Translations under genes and position numbers: made by a program
In this document: piece after piece, positions 1 through 12,254 of the stretch
Position numbering within the stretch: position 1 is the stretch's first letter
How the letters are laid out: every line of letters begins with the position of its first letter
Assembly (NCBI RefSeq): GCF_036321535.1
Contig: NC_087436.1
Span: 110,920,001 to 110,984,000, forward strand
Length of the DNA stretch: 64,000 bases
Source: Camelus dromedarius
Lineage: Eukaryota
Direction: 5' to 3'
Notes under the pieces: model-generated
Told to the model about the DNA's origin: nothing
What the model saw: only the letters and a program-made list of their open reading frames with translations
Database searches by the model: none

Positions 1-2959
1 ACACCAGAAAATCCTGAGGATTAGAGAGTACGTCACTAGAGTCTCTAAGGAGAAATTGGATGGATGCTCTGCTTATATACAAGCCTTAGGGAATTCAGAA
101 TTGTTGCATTTAGGAATATCAATCATTGTATTCCAACCTGAACATACCAGTGACCATTTGGGAAGAAGTATTAAATGGAACCTCTGAAAAGGCAGGCTTG
201 AGATGTCAAAATAAAGAATTCTGTGCCATGGGAAGTATAGAGAGAGTGTAGAACAGTGATACTCTACAGATGTGGTATGTAGGAAGCAAAATCATTTAAA
301 ACTATTTTTGTTAATTTAAATATAAACATTTTAAAAATTCTGACCTTTGAATATTTTATATCAATTTTCATTATAACCCTACATACTCTGACTGCTGAAA
401 TACAGCATTCTAAAACTCATAAAATCATGGAATCTAAGAGTAAGAAGGGATTTCTGAGGGCAAGAGGGCCAATTTCCCCTCTATAACAATCCAGATTCCC
501 TTATGTAACATCCCAAACCACAGGAACACAACATGAAAACGTGTTCTCAGGTGGTACTGATGATCTGTGTAGGATAAGCCAATCTTCTAATAATTATGAC
601 TCAATCCTCTTACAAGGACTAATTAATAGGCTTCTTCACCAATTAATTACTACTAAAGAAAAACATATTAAATATCTTTTTAGAAGTCAAGTTCACCCTA
701 AAGAAGAAAAAACAAAACTTCTGAATCTGAGGGCTTAGTAACCAGCATTTGTTTGTGGGTGTGGAGCACAGCCTCCGTTAGAATTCAGACTGAACTTTGG
801 TCTATAATCTTGACGGAGACACACAACAGCGTTATTTTCTTAGCTCCTACAGCTTAACTTCTTTTCACGAATCATAGAATATTTTTAAATCTACAATAAA
901 CATTTCTAGTGTTGGTGGTATGGCATTATGTTAATTTGGTTGTAAATCACTCACATATTCTAAGAAAATAAGAAGTGGGAGGGGGCTGGTCATGAATACT
1001 TTGGTTTGTCTTATTCTCTGCACTGTAGGATAATGTCTCAATAAGGATTTTAAATTTTTTGAAAGGAGCTTTTAAGTACTCACATAGTGCTAGCCCTATT
1101 TCACATACAGAAAGGGGCATACAAGACATGCAGATGGCTTTTAATTATGCACTGCTCCTGATAACACCATTTGGGGTTGGTTTATTGGCCTTTCTCCTCT
1201 GTCAGAAAGGATCAGCTTGGAGGATTTGGATCTTCAGTGCCTTGCATTTAAGACACTGCAATTCTTTAAGCTGCCGATACATTGTTAGGGCAGTGCTGAA
1301 AATAAAAAATTTGCTGTTGTAGAGAACCTCTTGGAAGGCGTGATTAGAACTATCTTAGATAAGGTGATGTTGTCTAGACTGGTTCCTGTGACACTATCCT
1401 GGATTCTCTAATTGGAAAACTAAAATGTTTCTCTGAGGATTGCTCCCATGGGTGTTCCAAACTTTAAGCTGTTTTGCATAGCTTCCAAAACAAAACACAT
1501 TTTTGCAGGGATGGAGGCTTTCAAAATTTCCATGATGAGTGAACGTTCTTTTCAAGTGTTTTGACAGAACTGCTGCCACAGATATTACTAGAATTCTACT
1601 CAGTACACAAAGTAGTTTTTAGCAGCATAAAAGTACTAGCGGAAATAAATGATAAATCTCTTAAGAAAAATGTGCTCAGCAATTTTAAACAGTTAACAAG
1701 ATGGAGTTCCTTGGGGGAAATTATGACAATGCTCTCTTTGTGGCAATTACTTGCCTTTGTATTGAGCTTGGCCTTAGTTTTTAGTCACCAAATAGAAAAT
1801 AAGAAATTACGATGTGGTGAGTTATAAAATACAAACCATAATAGAGTATGTGTGAGAAATATTTTTAGATAATTAAATAATAAGCCCTATCATCTGTCAG
1901 AAAAGAAGACAGAATGGAGGAAAAATTATTTAGGATTTTAAGTCCAAGTGACACAACATCACTACTAGAGGTCATGGGAAGAAGTTAACTGACAAAAATA
2001 CCAACAAAAAGGAAGATGTGAGCTTTATAGCTGTAATAGAGTTTATGGAAGCCAAATATCTGGAAGTGTGTGCAAAAGATTTATGTGGCATAAAGAATTA
2101 TATGAATTGTATTAACAGAAAATGTAAATGTACTCTCTACTGGCATTATTATAGCTGCTTAGCAAGTTGCTTTTCTCAGACGTCACCCCTCTAAAACGAA
2201 TGAGAATGTTCTACTCTCCTTAGAGCACGAGCCCATCTATGTACAGGGTAACCCCTGAAAAAGTCAGTGGGGTTGAGACTTAACCTTTTCTGAGGAACTC
2301 AAATTTTGACGTCAGGTAGATGGCCCCTATTTCCTGTAGGTCACAGAAATCCAAGAGCAAATCGCCAAAGTAATTTGGTTTAACTTGTCAGCATAAACTG
2401 CTTCCTTGAAATGTATTCTCTGTTCACCTTTATATCAAATGTATTTAAAACAAGTTTCTTTTACTTCCCCAGAAGCACAGCTCATGCTTTACAGATATAA
2501 GTTACTATACTATTTTAAGTAGTTGATACAATTAGTCTTTTCCTATGTGTTAACCCATGTTGGACAATTCAACCTTTTCCAGGTGAGCAACATCATAGAA
2601 ATATGCCCATCTTAATGCTTCATAAATCAGTCTAAATCCTGACTAATTTAAAGTAGATAGATGGTTGCCAGTAATTCTTCTGGGTATTTTCTAATCTTGA
2701 TTAACATGAGTGTCACTAGATCAGTCCTGTTAAGGTAATTTTACATCTCTCAAAAAGAAAATGAGATTTCTTTTACTGAAGTCAGAAATTTAGCCTTTTG
2801 GGGTTGGCTACTGGAATAGCTGTGACTCTAAATTGTAAGTACATGGAAACTTAGGGAAATACTCAAAGCCAACAGTTCATCAGGACATAGAGCAACAATA
2901 AAACACAATTTATACTTACGTATTAGCAAATATTTTTAAAAAGTTATTTTAACCAATGT

Positions 2960-4078
2960 GTTGGAAAGCTTGATATAAAAAATGGAAAATAAATGAACCT
3001 GACACCTACTTCATTGCAATAACAGAGTTAATTTGAGACAGATCATAAACCATGTTGGAAACATTAGAACCATAAAGCTCCTAGAAAAAAAATAGGAGAA
3101 TGTCTTTGTAACTCTGTGGTAGGCAAAAATTTCTTAAAATACACAAGAAACAACTCAGTACAACAGAAAAAAATGATATATTACACTTTATCCTAATTAA
3201 AATTTCTCCATATAAAATGACACTCTAGAAAATAAAACTCACAACACATATATCTGATGAAGAGCTTGTGTCCAAAACATATAAAGAACTCCTATAAATC
3301 AATAATAAAAAAAAACTCAATTTGTAAAAATGGATAAAAGAGTTGTACAAATCCTTTACAAAAGACATATGAATAGCCAGTAAGCATATACAAAGAAGCT
3401 CAACATCCTTGGTCAAAAGGAAAATAGGAATTAACATTCCCACAACCACCAGAATGGCTGAAATCTAAAAGATTGACAGCTGTTTGCTAGGATAAGAAGC
3501 ATCTAGAACTCTCACACACTGCTGGTGGAAGCAGAAAGTTGTACAACCACTTTTGAGAGCTCATGTCAGTTTCTTTAACAGTTAAATATACATCTACCTT
3601 ATGACCCAGCAATCCCACTTTAGGTATTTACTTATTAAGACAAACCAAATGAAAAATATACATTCACAAAAACTCATATTCCTTATAGCCCAAACATGGA
3701 AATAATACAAGTATTTATCAACTAGAGAACAGACTTTTTTTCCATTGTAGTGACATCATATTACAGGACACTACTGATATTTGCAACATGGATGAATCTC
3801 AAAAATGAAAGCAAAGAAACTAGAAACAAAAGAATACCTCCTGTATGATTCCATATATATAAGAAGCCCCCAAGTAGGCAAAATTAGAAATCAAAACAAT
3901 ACTTGCCTCTACAGGATGGTGATTAAGGAAAGGGGCACAATGTAAGTTTCCAGGTGGTGGTAATGTTCTATATTTTTTGGGTGTGGTAGTTACATGAGTG
4001 TATACAATTGTCAAAGCTTATGGAACTAAGCACTTAAAATCTGTGGACTTATTGTATGCAAATTAAACCTCAAAAACA
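2960..4078 (+). mobile_element. Old L1 (L1MC/L1ME-like) ORF2 3' end and 3' UTR remnant
   Basis: Typical L1 3' motifs: 'ccataaagctcctagaaaaaaataggagaa', 'ccttatgacccagcaatcccactttaggtattta', 'gcaacatggatgaatctcaaaaa', terminal 'aaattaaacctcaaaaa'. Confidence 0.85.
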
Positions 4079-4529
4079 TTTTTACAAATTTAACATTGTA
4101 TAGCAATATATATTCATATATTCCATATATATTCCTAGTGGTAGGGTAAATTAATGCAGAAACACTGGCAGTTAACCTGATAATCTTTAAAGCCTTAAAA
4201 ATGTGAAAGGCCTTTGATCAAGTAATTCTATTTACAGGAATTTATTTTAGGGAAACAGCTCTGTATGTGCACATATTCATGTATATGTGTGTGTTTACTG
4301 TGTGTATATGTACATGTATACAACAGTAGAATTTTCATTCCAGTATTATTTACAACATAGAAAAATTGGAACAACCTAAATGCCCAATGGTAGGGGTATA
4401 GTTAAATAAATAATGATGTATCTGTACCTTGAATATTATTTAGCCATTTAAAACTTAATGGTAAATAAAAGTATTTTTCAATATGGTAGTAAATAAAAAA
4501 AGAATTTTAAAAACAGAATATATAATATG

Positions 4530-5290
4530 AGTATTAATTTGGCTGCTTTGACAATAACATTGGTTTTAAAAAGATGAAAAGTTTACTTTCCCTTCCATGA
4601 GAGCTGCTGTTCACTCTTGGCAGGTAGGCAGCTCTGCTTTACACAGTAATCCAAAGATCCAGATCTTTCCATCAAGTTGTTCCACCATCCCCAGGGTATC
4701 TCCTTCTACATGATTAAAGCGGGCTCACTATCACCATGTCTGCTTCTTATCCCCAGGAAAAGGTGACAGAGAAAATGGAAGGTAAGTAAACTGCAAGTTG
4801 CACACACCACTTCTCCTATCCCACCAGTCAAAACATGGTCATAACAAGTTTCTTAGTCAGTTCAGGCTGCTATAATAAAACACCACAGATTGCATGGCAT
4901 ATAAACAGCAGAAATTTATTTCTCACAGTTCTGGAAGCTGGAAGTCCAAGACTGTGGCACCATCATGGTTGAGTGAGGCCCCTCTTCTGGTTGCAGAATT
5001 ATTGTATTCACATAGCAGAAGGGTTAGGAAGCTCTGTGGGATCTCTTTTATAAGGGCACTAATCCCATTCACGAGATAAGTTCTACCCTCATGACCTAAT
5101 CACCTACTAAATGTCTCACCTACTAATACCATCACCTTTGGGGGTTAGGATTTCAGTGTGAAATGTGGAGGGACACAAGCATTCAGACCAAAGCACCAAA
5201 CTACCAAGGAAGCTCAGAAATGTCTATAACTGGACCACCATGTGCCCACCCAAAACTGGTGAGAGGGGAGTACCAATGCTAAAAGGAAAA
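4530..5290 (-). mobile_element. Old MLT1 (MaLR) LTR, interrupted at 4849-5195 by a younger MLT1A-like LTR
   Basis: 'gttgcacacaccacttctcctatcccaccagtcaaaacatggtcata' resumes after the insert as 'aactaccaaggaagctcagaaatgtc', an MLT1J/K-like pattern. Confidence 0.6.
4849..5195 (-). mobile_element. MLT1A-like MaLR solo LTR
   Basis: 'tcttagtcagttcaggctgctataataaaacaccacag...aaatttatttctcacagttctggaagctggaagtccaag...cattcagaccaaagca' is the reverse complement of an MLT1A/B-type LTR. Confidence 0.85.
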
Positions 5291-5329
5291 AAGGGAAAAT
5301 TGATGATCTTGGATAAAAATCTTGCATAT

Positions 5330-5706
5330 AATAGTGGAACTCACTTCTAAGCAAAACTGCATCATCAATGTTTTTGATAGCACTGAGGATGAAACCATTA
5401 GTAAAAACACAGATATTGACAACTCTGAATCAAAAAGTGACATGGAACTGACGGACCCTGAATATGAAGAGTTTTAGAACTATTTTAACTAATACATTTT
5501 TCTTCTATTTTCCATCTTAGACATGTCCTAAAGCCATCCATAATGGAAGTCTGTATCTAAACAAGTCTAAAAGAACTCTTTCAATGAGTATTAACTATTC
5601 CATAGGAAAGAAAGCTGTATGTCATAGTTTGACAGCACGTCTCCTTTCCTAGTGGTAAAACAGTGGAAGTTCTAGTCAATGGTGTCTCAGATTTGATGAA
5701 ATACAA
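5330..5706 (+). mobile_element. Kanga1/MER104-type (TcMar-Tc2) DNA transposon 3' fragment
   Basis: Degenerate transposase C-terminal sequence ('ctgcatcatcaatgtttttgatagcactgaggatga') and terminal 'atggtgtctcagatttgatgaaataca' resembling the Kanga/MER104 TIR. Confidence 0.65.
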
Positions 5707-6747
5707 TAAAAGGTTGGTATTTGACACTGGTAATTATTTTAGCTGGTATTACGACTGGTCTTTAAATTATTCTTTACAATTCTACTTATTTTTCTCATTT
5801 TGTTTGCAATAAGCAAAATTAGTTGAATAATATACATTTTAAATGGTCCAGCGGGGTAGTCCAGCATGCTAGGAAGTCTAAACAAAATATCAAAACAGGA
5901 TGTGGCCTGAGTACATTAACCCAAATATTAAAGATCCAGGCAAAGCAAGAGTGGCATGCATGAGCCCAAAAAATGAGTGGGGGATACTTGCAGGGACTGG
6001 GCTTTTACATGGTCTTAGCTGTATGATGAAGAGATTGTTCCATTTAAAAACTAAACATAAATACAACTAAAGAATATGTCACCCTCACTGGTTAAGAATG
6101 AGTGAATGACTCAGTGTCAAACTAATCAAATACTATATCTACTAGTTTAACTGTAAAGCTAAAACAAAAGCAGTCCCTTTCCCCATACCCTCAAAATTAG
6201 CAATTCATTATCTGAGTAGATACACAACTGTAATAAAAAGCTTTTGTTCTCTGAACTTCTTATGCCTACCTGGCTTTCTTAATCTGGACAATGGCTTAAT
6301 TCATTTTACATGGTTTTAAAACTCACCCAAATATCCAATTTCATCCTTTTCATTTCACTATTATTATATCACCCCTCAGCTTATTTTTATCTCAACACAT
6401 CCTTATCTCATGATCTTGCCCTCCTCCGTAAACAGTTAGTGATAATCACAGCAGGACAGTTTTAATCCAAACCAATTCCAGATTAATAAATTGTTCTACA
6501 ACAGAGAAACTAAGTCATTAACAAAACACTAACAACCAGATTTATTTTGAATATAAAATAGTAAAAGCTTATAGAATAATTTAATCTTTATAATCTATGG
6601 TCACACAACAATATTACCTGATTCTTAATTAGAAACAAGGAGGAGATCAGGTACTGTATTCAGTTTAGTGTCCACTCAAGTAACTTTATGAGAGTCAAGA
6701 ATACCTAGCAGGGAAATAAAGGCATGAAAGAAGTCCTTTTGGCAAAT

Positions 6748-6797
6748 TAGATAGATAGATAGATAGACAGACAGTAGGAAGGGAGGGAGGGAGGGAG
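6748..6797. repeat. (TAGA)n/(CAGA)n/(GGGA)n simple repeat
   Basis: Seen directly: tagatagatagatagatagacagacagtaggaagggagggagggagggag. Confidence 0.9.
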
Positions 6798-7233
6798 ATC
6801 CATAAAGGACTAATAAAAACAACCAGAACAACAGTTCAGATAATTTTGTCTGATCCCTGGTGAGCCCAGAGATTGAACTAAGACTAATCACAGGGAGTAA
6901 AGCAGATTTTCCCAGAGGGTGTAGTACATTAAACTAAACTGTATGATCTGTGGGTCAAGGTCAAAGATGGACACCAAAAGCAATACTTAGCAGTTATGAC
7001 AAGCAGGTACTGACTCCAAATGGATTAGGTTAAATGAGAGAAACAGAAAAAAGTTCACAAGCTGGAAACCAAGAAAAGCAGAAAAGAATGAGTGTGTCCA
7101 AGCTAGAGAGTGAGAGGCAGAGCATGGAAGAATTTCTTGAGACACAGGAGCACAATTTTAGCTACTTTTTGTAGAAAAATCGCCATACTGTTCGTGAACA
7201 GTAAGGTGTTATTAAGGTCACTATATGGGCATA

Positions 7234-7635
7234 TGTAGTTTAATTTACCCATCATCCCTTCCATTGAACTGCTCCTTCCCCATGGTGACTTCTCCTGTAG
7301 TTACAGGTATGAGCACATGGATCCACTTGGCCAGTCAAGGCTCCATTCATACCCCCTCCATGCCCACAGGATGGGCATTTAACTCAAACCAGACCAAATC
7401 TTAGATTTGATGAAGGAACTGTGAGATGGATAATGTCTCCTACACACTGTGAGAACCATGGAAGCGTGGAACTGCCAATGGCATAGAAGATGCCTGACAA
7501 CGAACCAAAAAGAAAAAAGTGGAGTCCAGCTACACAGCAAGAGGTAGCATCTAGTACAACCTATGAGCTCCTGGGTCCAGTCTTATTTGAGGACAACTTC
7601 ACTCTAAATTCTTCAGTTAAATGAACCGATTAATT
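7234..7635 (+). mobile_element. Old MLT1K/L-like LTR remnant
   Basis: 'ggatgggcatttaactcaaaccagaccaaatc' and 'gagctcctgggtccagtcttatttgagg...ttcagttaaatgaaccgattaatt' are MLT1-like motifs. Confidence 0.5.
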
Positions 7636-7969
7636 TGACACACAGATAGAAAGTATATAGTGTATTTATACCCTTACTTTTAAAACAAATGGGAACACAC
7701 TCTATACACTGCTCCACATATTGATGTTTTTCACTTAACAATACTTCTTGAAGAATGTCCATATCAGCACTTACACATCTACTTTTCTATCCTCTCATAG
7801 CTGCATAAAATGCCACTGTGTGGATGTGACATGGTATATTGTGCTAGTTCTTCATTAGTCAACATGTAGAATGCTTACAATTAGTTGCTAAATCAAACTA
7901 AACAAAAACAAATATCTGTATACTTGTGTGTAAGTGTCTTTGTGCTGTGCATATCTCTAGACTTCTAGG

Positions 7970-10900
7970 GAGAAAATGACAAGTTGATTCTAAAATTTAC
8001 ATGAAAATTCAAAGGATCTAGAATAGTCAACTCAAGTTTAAAGAAGAAACTGTGGACCATTCACAAACCTATTTGAAGACTTTTTATAAAGTTATGGTAG
8101 TCAAGACTATAGCTTTAGAATAAGAATGAGTAAAGAATGAGTAAAGAAACCAATTTAACATAATGTAGAATTTAGAAAAAAAATGTACATGTACATTTGA
8201 CTTCCAACAGAGATACCAAGATAACAATGGGGAAAGAAAAGTCTTTTTAATAAACTGAGCTGGAACAACTAGAAAAAACGAACCTCAACCTCTACTTAAC
8301 ATCATACACAAAAATTGATTTGAAAGAGATCATAAACCTAAATGTATACAGGCACACCTCAGAGATATTATAGGTTTGGTTACAGACAACCACAATAAAG
8401 TGAATATTGCAATAAAGTGAGTCACAGAACATTTTTTGTTTCCAAGTACATGTAAAAGTTATGTTTACACTATATTGTCCATTAAATGTACAATAGAGTT
8501 ATGTCTAAAAAACTAATGTATATACCTTAATTTAAAAATACTTTTTTCCTAAAAAATGTTAACCATCATCTGAGCCTTCAACGAGTCATAATCTTTCTGC
8601 TGGTGGAGGATCTTGCCTCAGTGTTGATGGCTACTGACTGATCAGGGTGGTGGCTGCTGAAGGCTGGGGTGGCTGTGGCAATTTCTCAAAATAAGACAAT
8701 AATGAAGTTTGCCACATCGATTGACTCTTCCAGCATGCAATGCTGTTTGACAGCATTTTATTCACAGTAGAACTTCTTTAAAAATTGGAGTCAGTCCTCT
8801 CACATTCTGCCATTGTTTTACCAACCAAATTTATATGATATTCTTAATCCTTTGTTGTCTTGCAACAGTCCTTGCAGCATCTTCACCAGGAGTAGATTCC
8901 ATCTCAAAGCATCTTTCTTTGCTTATCCGTAAGAAGCAATTCCTCATCTGTTAAAGTTTTATCTTGAGATTGTAGCAATTCAGTCACATCTCAGGCTCCA
9001 CTTCCAATTCTAGTTCTCTTGCTAATTCCACCACATCTGCAGTTACTTCCTCCAACGAAGTCTTGAACCCCTCAGTCATCCATGAGGGTTGGAAATCAAC
9101 TTCCTCCAAACTCCTGTTAATGTTCGTATTTTCTCTTTTCCCCATGAATCACACATGTTCTTCATAGAATCTAGAATGGTGAATTCTTTTCAGAAGGTTT
9201 CCAACTTACTTTGCCCAGATCCATCAGAGGAATCAGTCTATGGCAGCTTTAGCCTTACAAAATGTATCTCCAAGATAATAAGACTTGGAAGTCAAAATGA
9301 CTCCATGGTCCATGGGCTGCAGAATGGATGTTGTGTGAGAAGACATGAAAACAACATGAATCTTGTAGTGCATCTCCATCAGAGCTCCTGGGTAAGCAGG
9401 CATATTGTCAATGAGTAGTAACATTTTCAAAGGAATCTTTTTTTTCTGAGCACAAGGTCTCAACCGTTGGCTTAAAATATTCAGTAAACCATGCTGTAAA
9501 GAGACATGCTGTCACCCAGGCTTTGTTATTTTATATAGAGAGCACAGTCAGTGTGGATTTACCATAATTCTTAAGGGCCCTAGGATTTTCATAATGGTAA
9601 ATAAGCATTGGCCTCAACTTCAAGTTACCAGCTACATTAACCCCTATCAAGGGAGTTAGCTTGTCCTTTGCAGGTTTGAAGCCAGGCATTAACTTCTCTC
9701 TAGCTATGAGAGTCCTACATGGCATCTTCTTCCAATATGAGGCTGTTTATCTACATTGAAATCCTGAATAACTTACTGCAGCTTCTCCATTAGCACCTTT
9801 ATGCTATGGAGATGGTTTCTTTCCTAACCCATCACGAACCAACCTCTTCTAGCTTCGAATTCTTCTTCTGCAGCTTCCTCACCTCTCTCAGCCTTAACAG
9901 AATTCAAGAGAGTTACGGCCACGCTCTGGATTAGGCTTTGGTTTAAGGGAGTCCTATGGTAGCTTCATCTTCTATCCAGACCACTACAACTTTCTCCATG
10001 TCAGCAATAAGGCTGTTGTCCTTTCTTATTCATGTGCTCACTGGTGTAGCACTTTTAATTTCCTTCAAGAATTTTTCCTTTGCATTCACAACCTGGCTAC
10101 CAATTAGATGCAAGGCTACCTAGCTTTTGGCCTGTCTCAGCTTTTGACATGCCTACTCACTAAGCTTAATCACTTCTAGCTTTTGATTTAAAGGTAGGGA
10201 TATTCAACTCTTCCTTCCACTTGTATACTTAAGAAGCCATTGCAGGGTTTTCAGTTGGTCTAATTTCAACACTATTATGTCTCAAGAAATAGGGAGCCCC
10301 AAGGAGAAATGAGAGACAGGGGAACGGCCGGCCAATCAGTGGAGGTGTCAGAACACTTGCTACATTTATTGATTAAGCTGCCATCTTATACGGGTGCAAT
10401 TCCTGATGCCCCAAAACAATTACAATCGAAGATTATCATCATAACAAATATAACAATAATGAAAAAGCTTGAAATATTATGAGAATTACCAAAATGTGAG
10501 AGACAAGAAGTGAGCACATGCTGTTGGGAAAAAAATACTGTTAGACTTCCTCAACTCAGTGTTGCCACAAGCCTTCAATTTGTCAAAAACACAAAATCTT
10601 TAAAGTGCAATAATTGAAATGCAATAAAATGAAGTATGTCTGTTTACTAAAATAATAAGGCTTACCAGAAAAAAAATTTAGGGGAATATGTTTACAACCT
10701 TGGGCGAAAGTCCTAAATAGATAATTCACTGAAGATGTGTGAGTGGCCAATTAGCACAAGAAAAGATGCTCCACATCATTAGTCAGCAAAGAAATGCAAA
10801 ATACAACTACAATTCTACAGTACTTCACACCTAATGGAACAGCTGAAAATTTAAAAATCTGACAACATCAAATGTTAGCAAAGAAATGGAGCAACGTGCA

Positions 10901-11540
10901 TTAAACTATATACATACTGGTAAAAGTATAAAATGGTACAATCACTTTATAAAACTGTCTAGCAGCTCACTGTAATATTAAACATACCCTTATCCTATGA
11001 CCCAGCAATTTGACCCCTAAGAATTTACTCAAGAAAAATGAAAACATATGATCACAAAAAGTCTTGCACAAGTGTTCGTAACTTTACTCATGATAATGAA
11101 TTGTCAAGACAACAAAAATATCATCAATAGGAAAAATAAATAAATTCTCTTATGTTCAAAAAATGCAACACTACTCAGCAACAAAGAAATAGAGGACACA
11201 GGAATAAAGAGGAGTAAATGTTAGTTTAACAACATGAATGGATTTTCAGAACCACGCTGAATGAAAGAAGCCAGACACAAAAAAATCCATACTGCATGAT
11301 TCCATTTATATTAAGTCCAACAACAAGCAGAACTAATTTATGGTGAAAGAAATCTGAAAAGTATAGCCTTTGGAGGTGAGAATTGACTGGAATGGGGCAT
11401 GAAGGAACTTTCTAGGGGAACAGAAATGTTTCTGATTGGGAGCTTGGTAGCCCAGATACATATATTTTTCAAAACTCATCCAATTATAACACTTTAATAT
11501 TTGTATATTTCTGTATATGTGAATTTTACTTAAATAAAAA
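7970..11540 (+). mobile_element. Old L1 (L1MC/MD-like) ORF2 3' part and 3' UTR, split by Tigger1
   Basis: 'gacaagttgattctaaaatttacatgaaaattcaaaggatctagaatagtcaa' runs to 'cataaacctaaatgta'; the L1 resumes at ~10645 ('aaaataataaggcttaccagaaaaaaaatttaggggaatatg') and ends at 'aattttacttaaataaaaaa'. Confidence 0.85.
8349..10642 (-). mobile_element. Tigger1 (TcMar-Tigger) DNA transposon, near full length, transposase disrupted
   Basis: Termini 'ta|caggcacacctcagagatatt' and 'gcaataaaatgaagtatgtctg'. Minus-strand ORF fragments 9531-9725 ([21 protein letters not shown]...[12 protein letters not shown]) and 9233-9463 ([11 protein letters not shown]...TTSILQPMDHGVI) are pogo/Tigger DDE transposase remnants. 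Confidence 0.95.
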
Positions 11541-11899
11541 ACAATCTTTTTATTGTAGTTTTAATGAAATTGAGAGAGTGCGTGAAATTAAATGTATAAA
11601 TTCAAATCACCTCTTTACCTGGAAGTAAAATTGTTTCTAATTTTTTACCATTATAAGTATGAACAAATAATTATATAGATCTTTGGCTCAGTTCCCAAAA
11701 GTAGAATTGTATTAAAGATTTCATTTAAGACTTTTGAGACATACTGTAAAACCTCTCTCCAAAAATAATGGATCAGCCTACAGTCTCATCTACAGTGTAG
11801 GAAAACACCCATTTCCCCCACCTAGCCAATATTAAGTATTGCCATCTTATAAACATTTAACAGTAATTAGACATTAGATTATAATAAGACACTAATAAG

Positions 11900-12130
11900 A
11901 ATAATTTCTAAAACTCATAAAGCAATTATTACATCTTAGGAACTGTTCTAAACACCCACTTAATATGCAAAACAACCTTGAGATGGATACTACTATGACC
12001 CCATTTTACAGGTGGGGAAACTCAAGCAAAGATAGGTTAAGTTACTCACCCAAAGTTATCCTTAGTAAGCTGTAGGCATAGGTCTTCAAACGCAGGAATT
12101 CTAGTTCCAGAGTTTATGCTCATATCTACC
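11900..12130 (-). mobile_element. MIR SINE
   Basis: Reverse MIR core 'ccccattttacaggtggggaaactcaagcaaagataggttaagttactcacccaaagtta'. Confidence 0.8.
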
Positions 12131-12254
12131 GTATTTTCTCATTAACATTTTAAATCCTAAATGACTTGATTATTGGTGTGGCTGAGCTTTCTCTCATGCT
12201 CTTCACCTTTTCTTTCGTGAACTGCCTTTCCACGTACCTGTGCTCATTTTCCCA

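Noticed and set aside
2340..2369. 30-nt plus-strand micro-exon candidate (tag|GTCACAG...GCCAAA|gtaatt)
   Set aside because: Weak donor, no supporting neighbouring exons and no recognisable peptide.
9089..9725. Transposase-like ORFs as a domesticated TIGD-type gene
   Set aside because: Fragmented by stops and frameshifts inside an ordinary Tigger1 copy.
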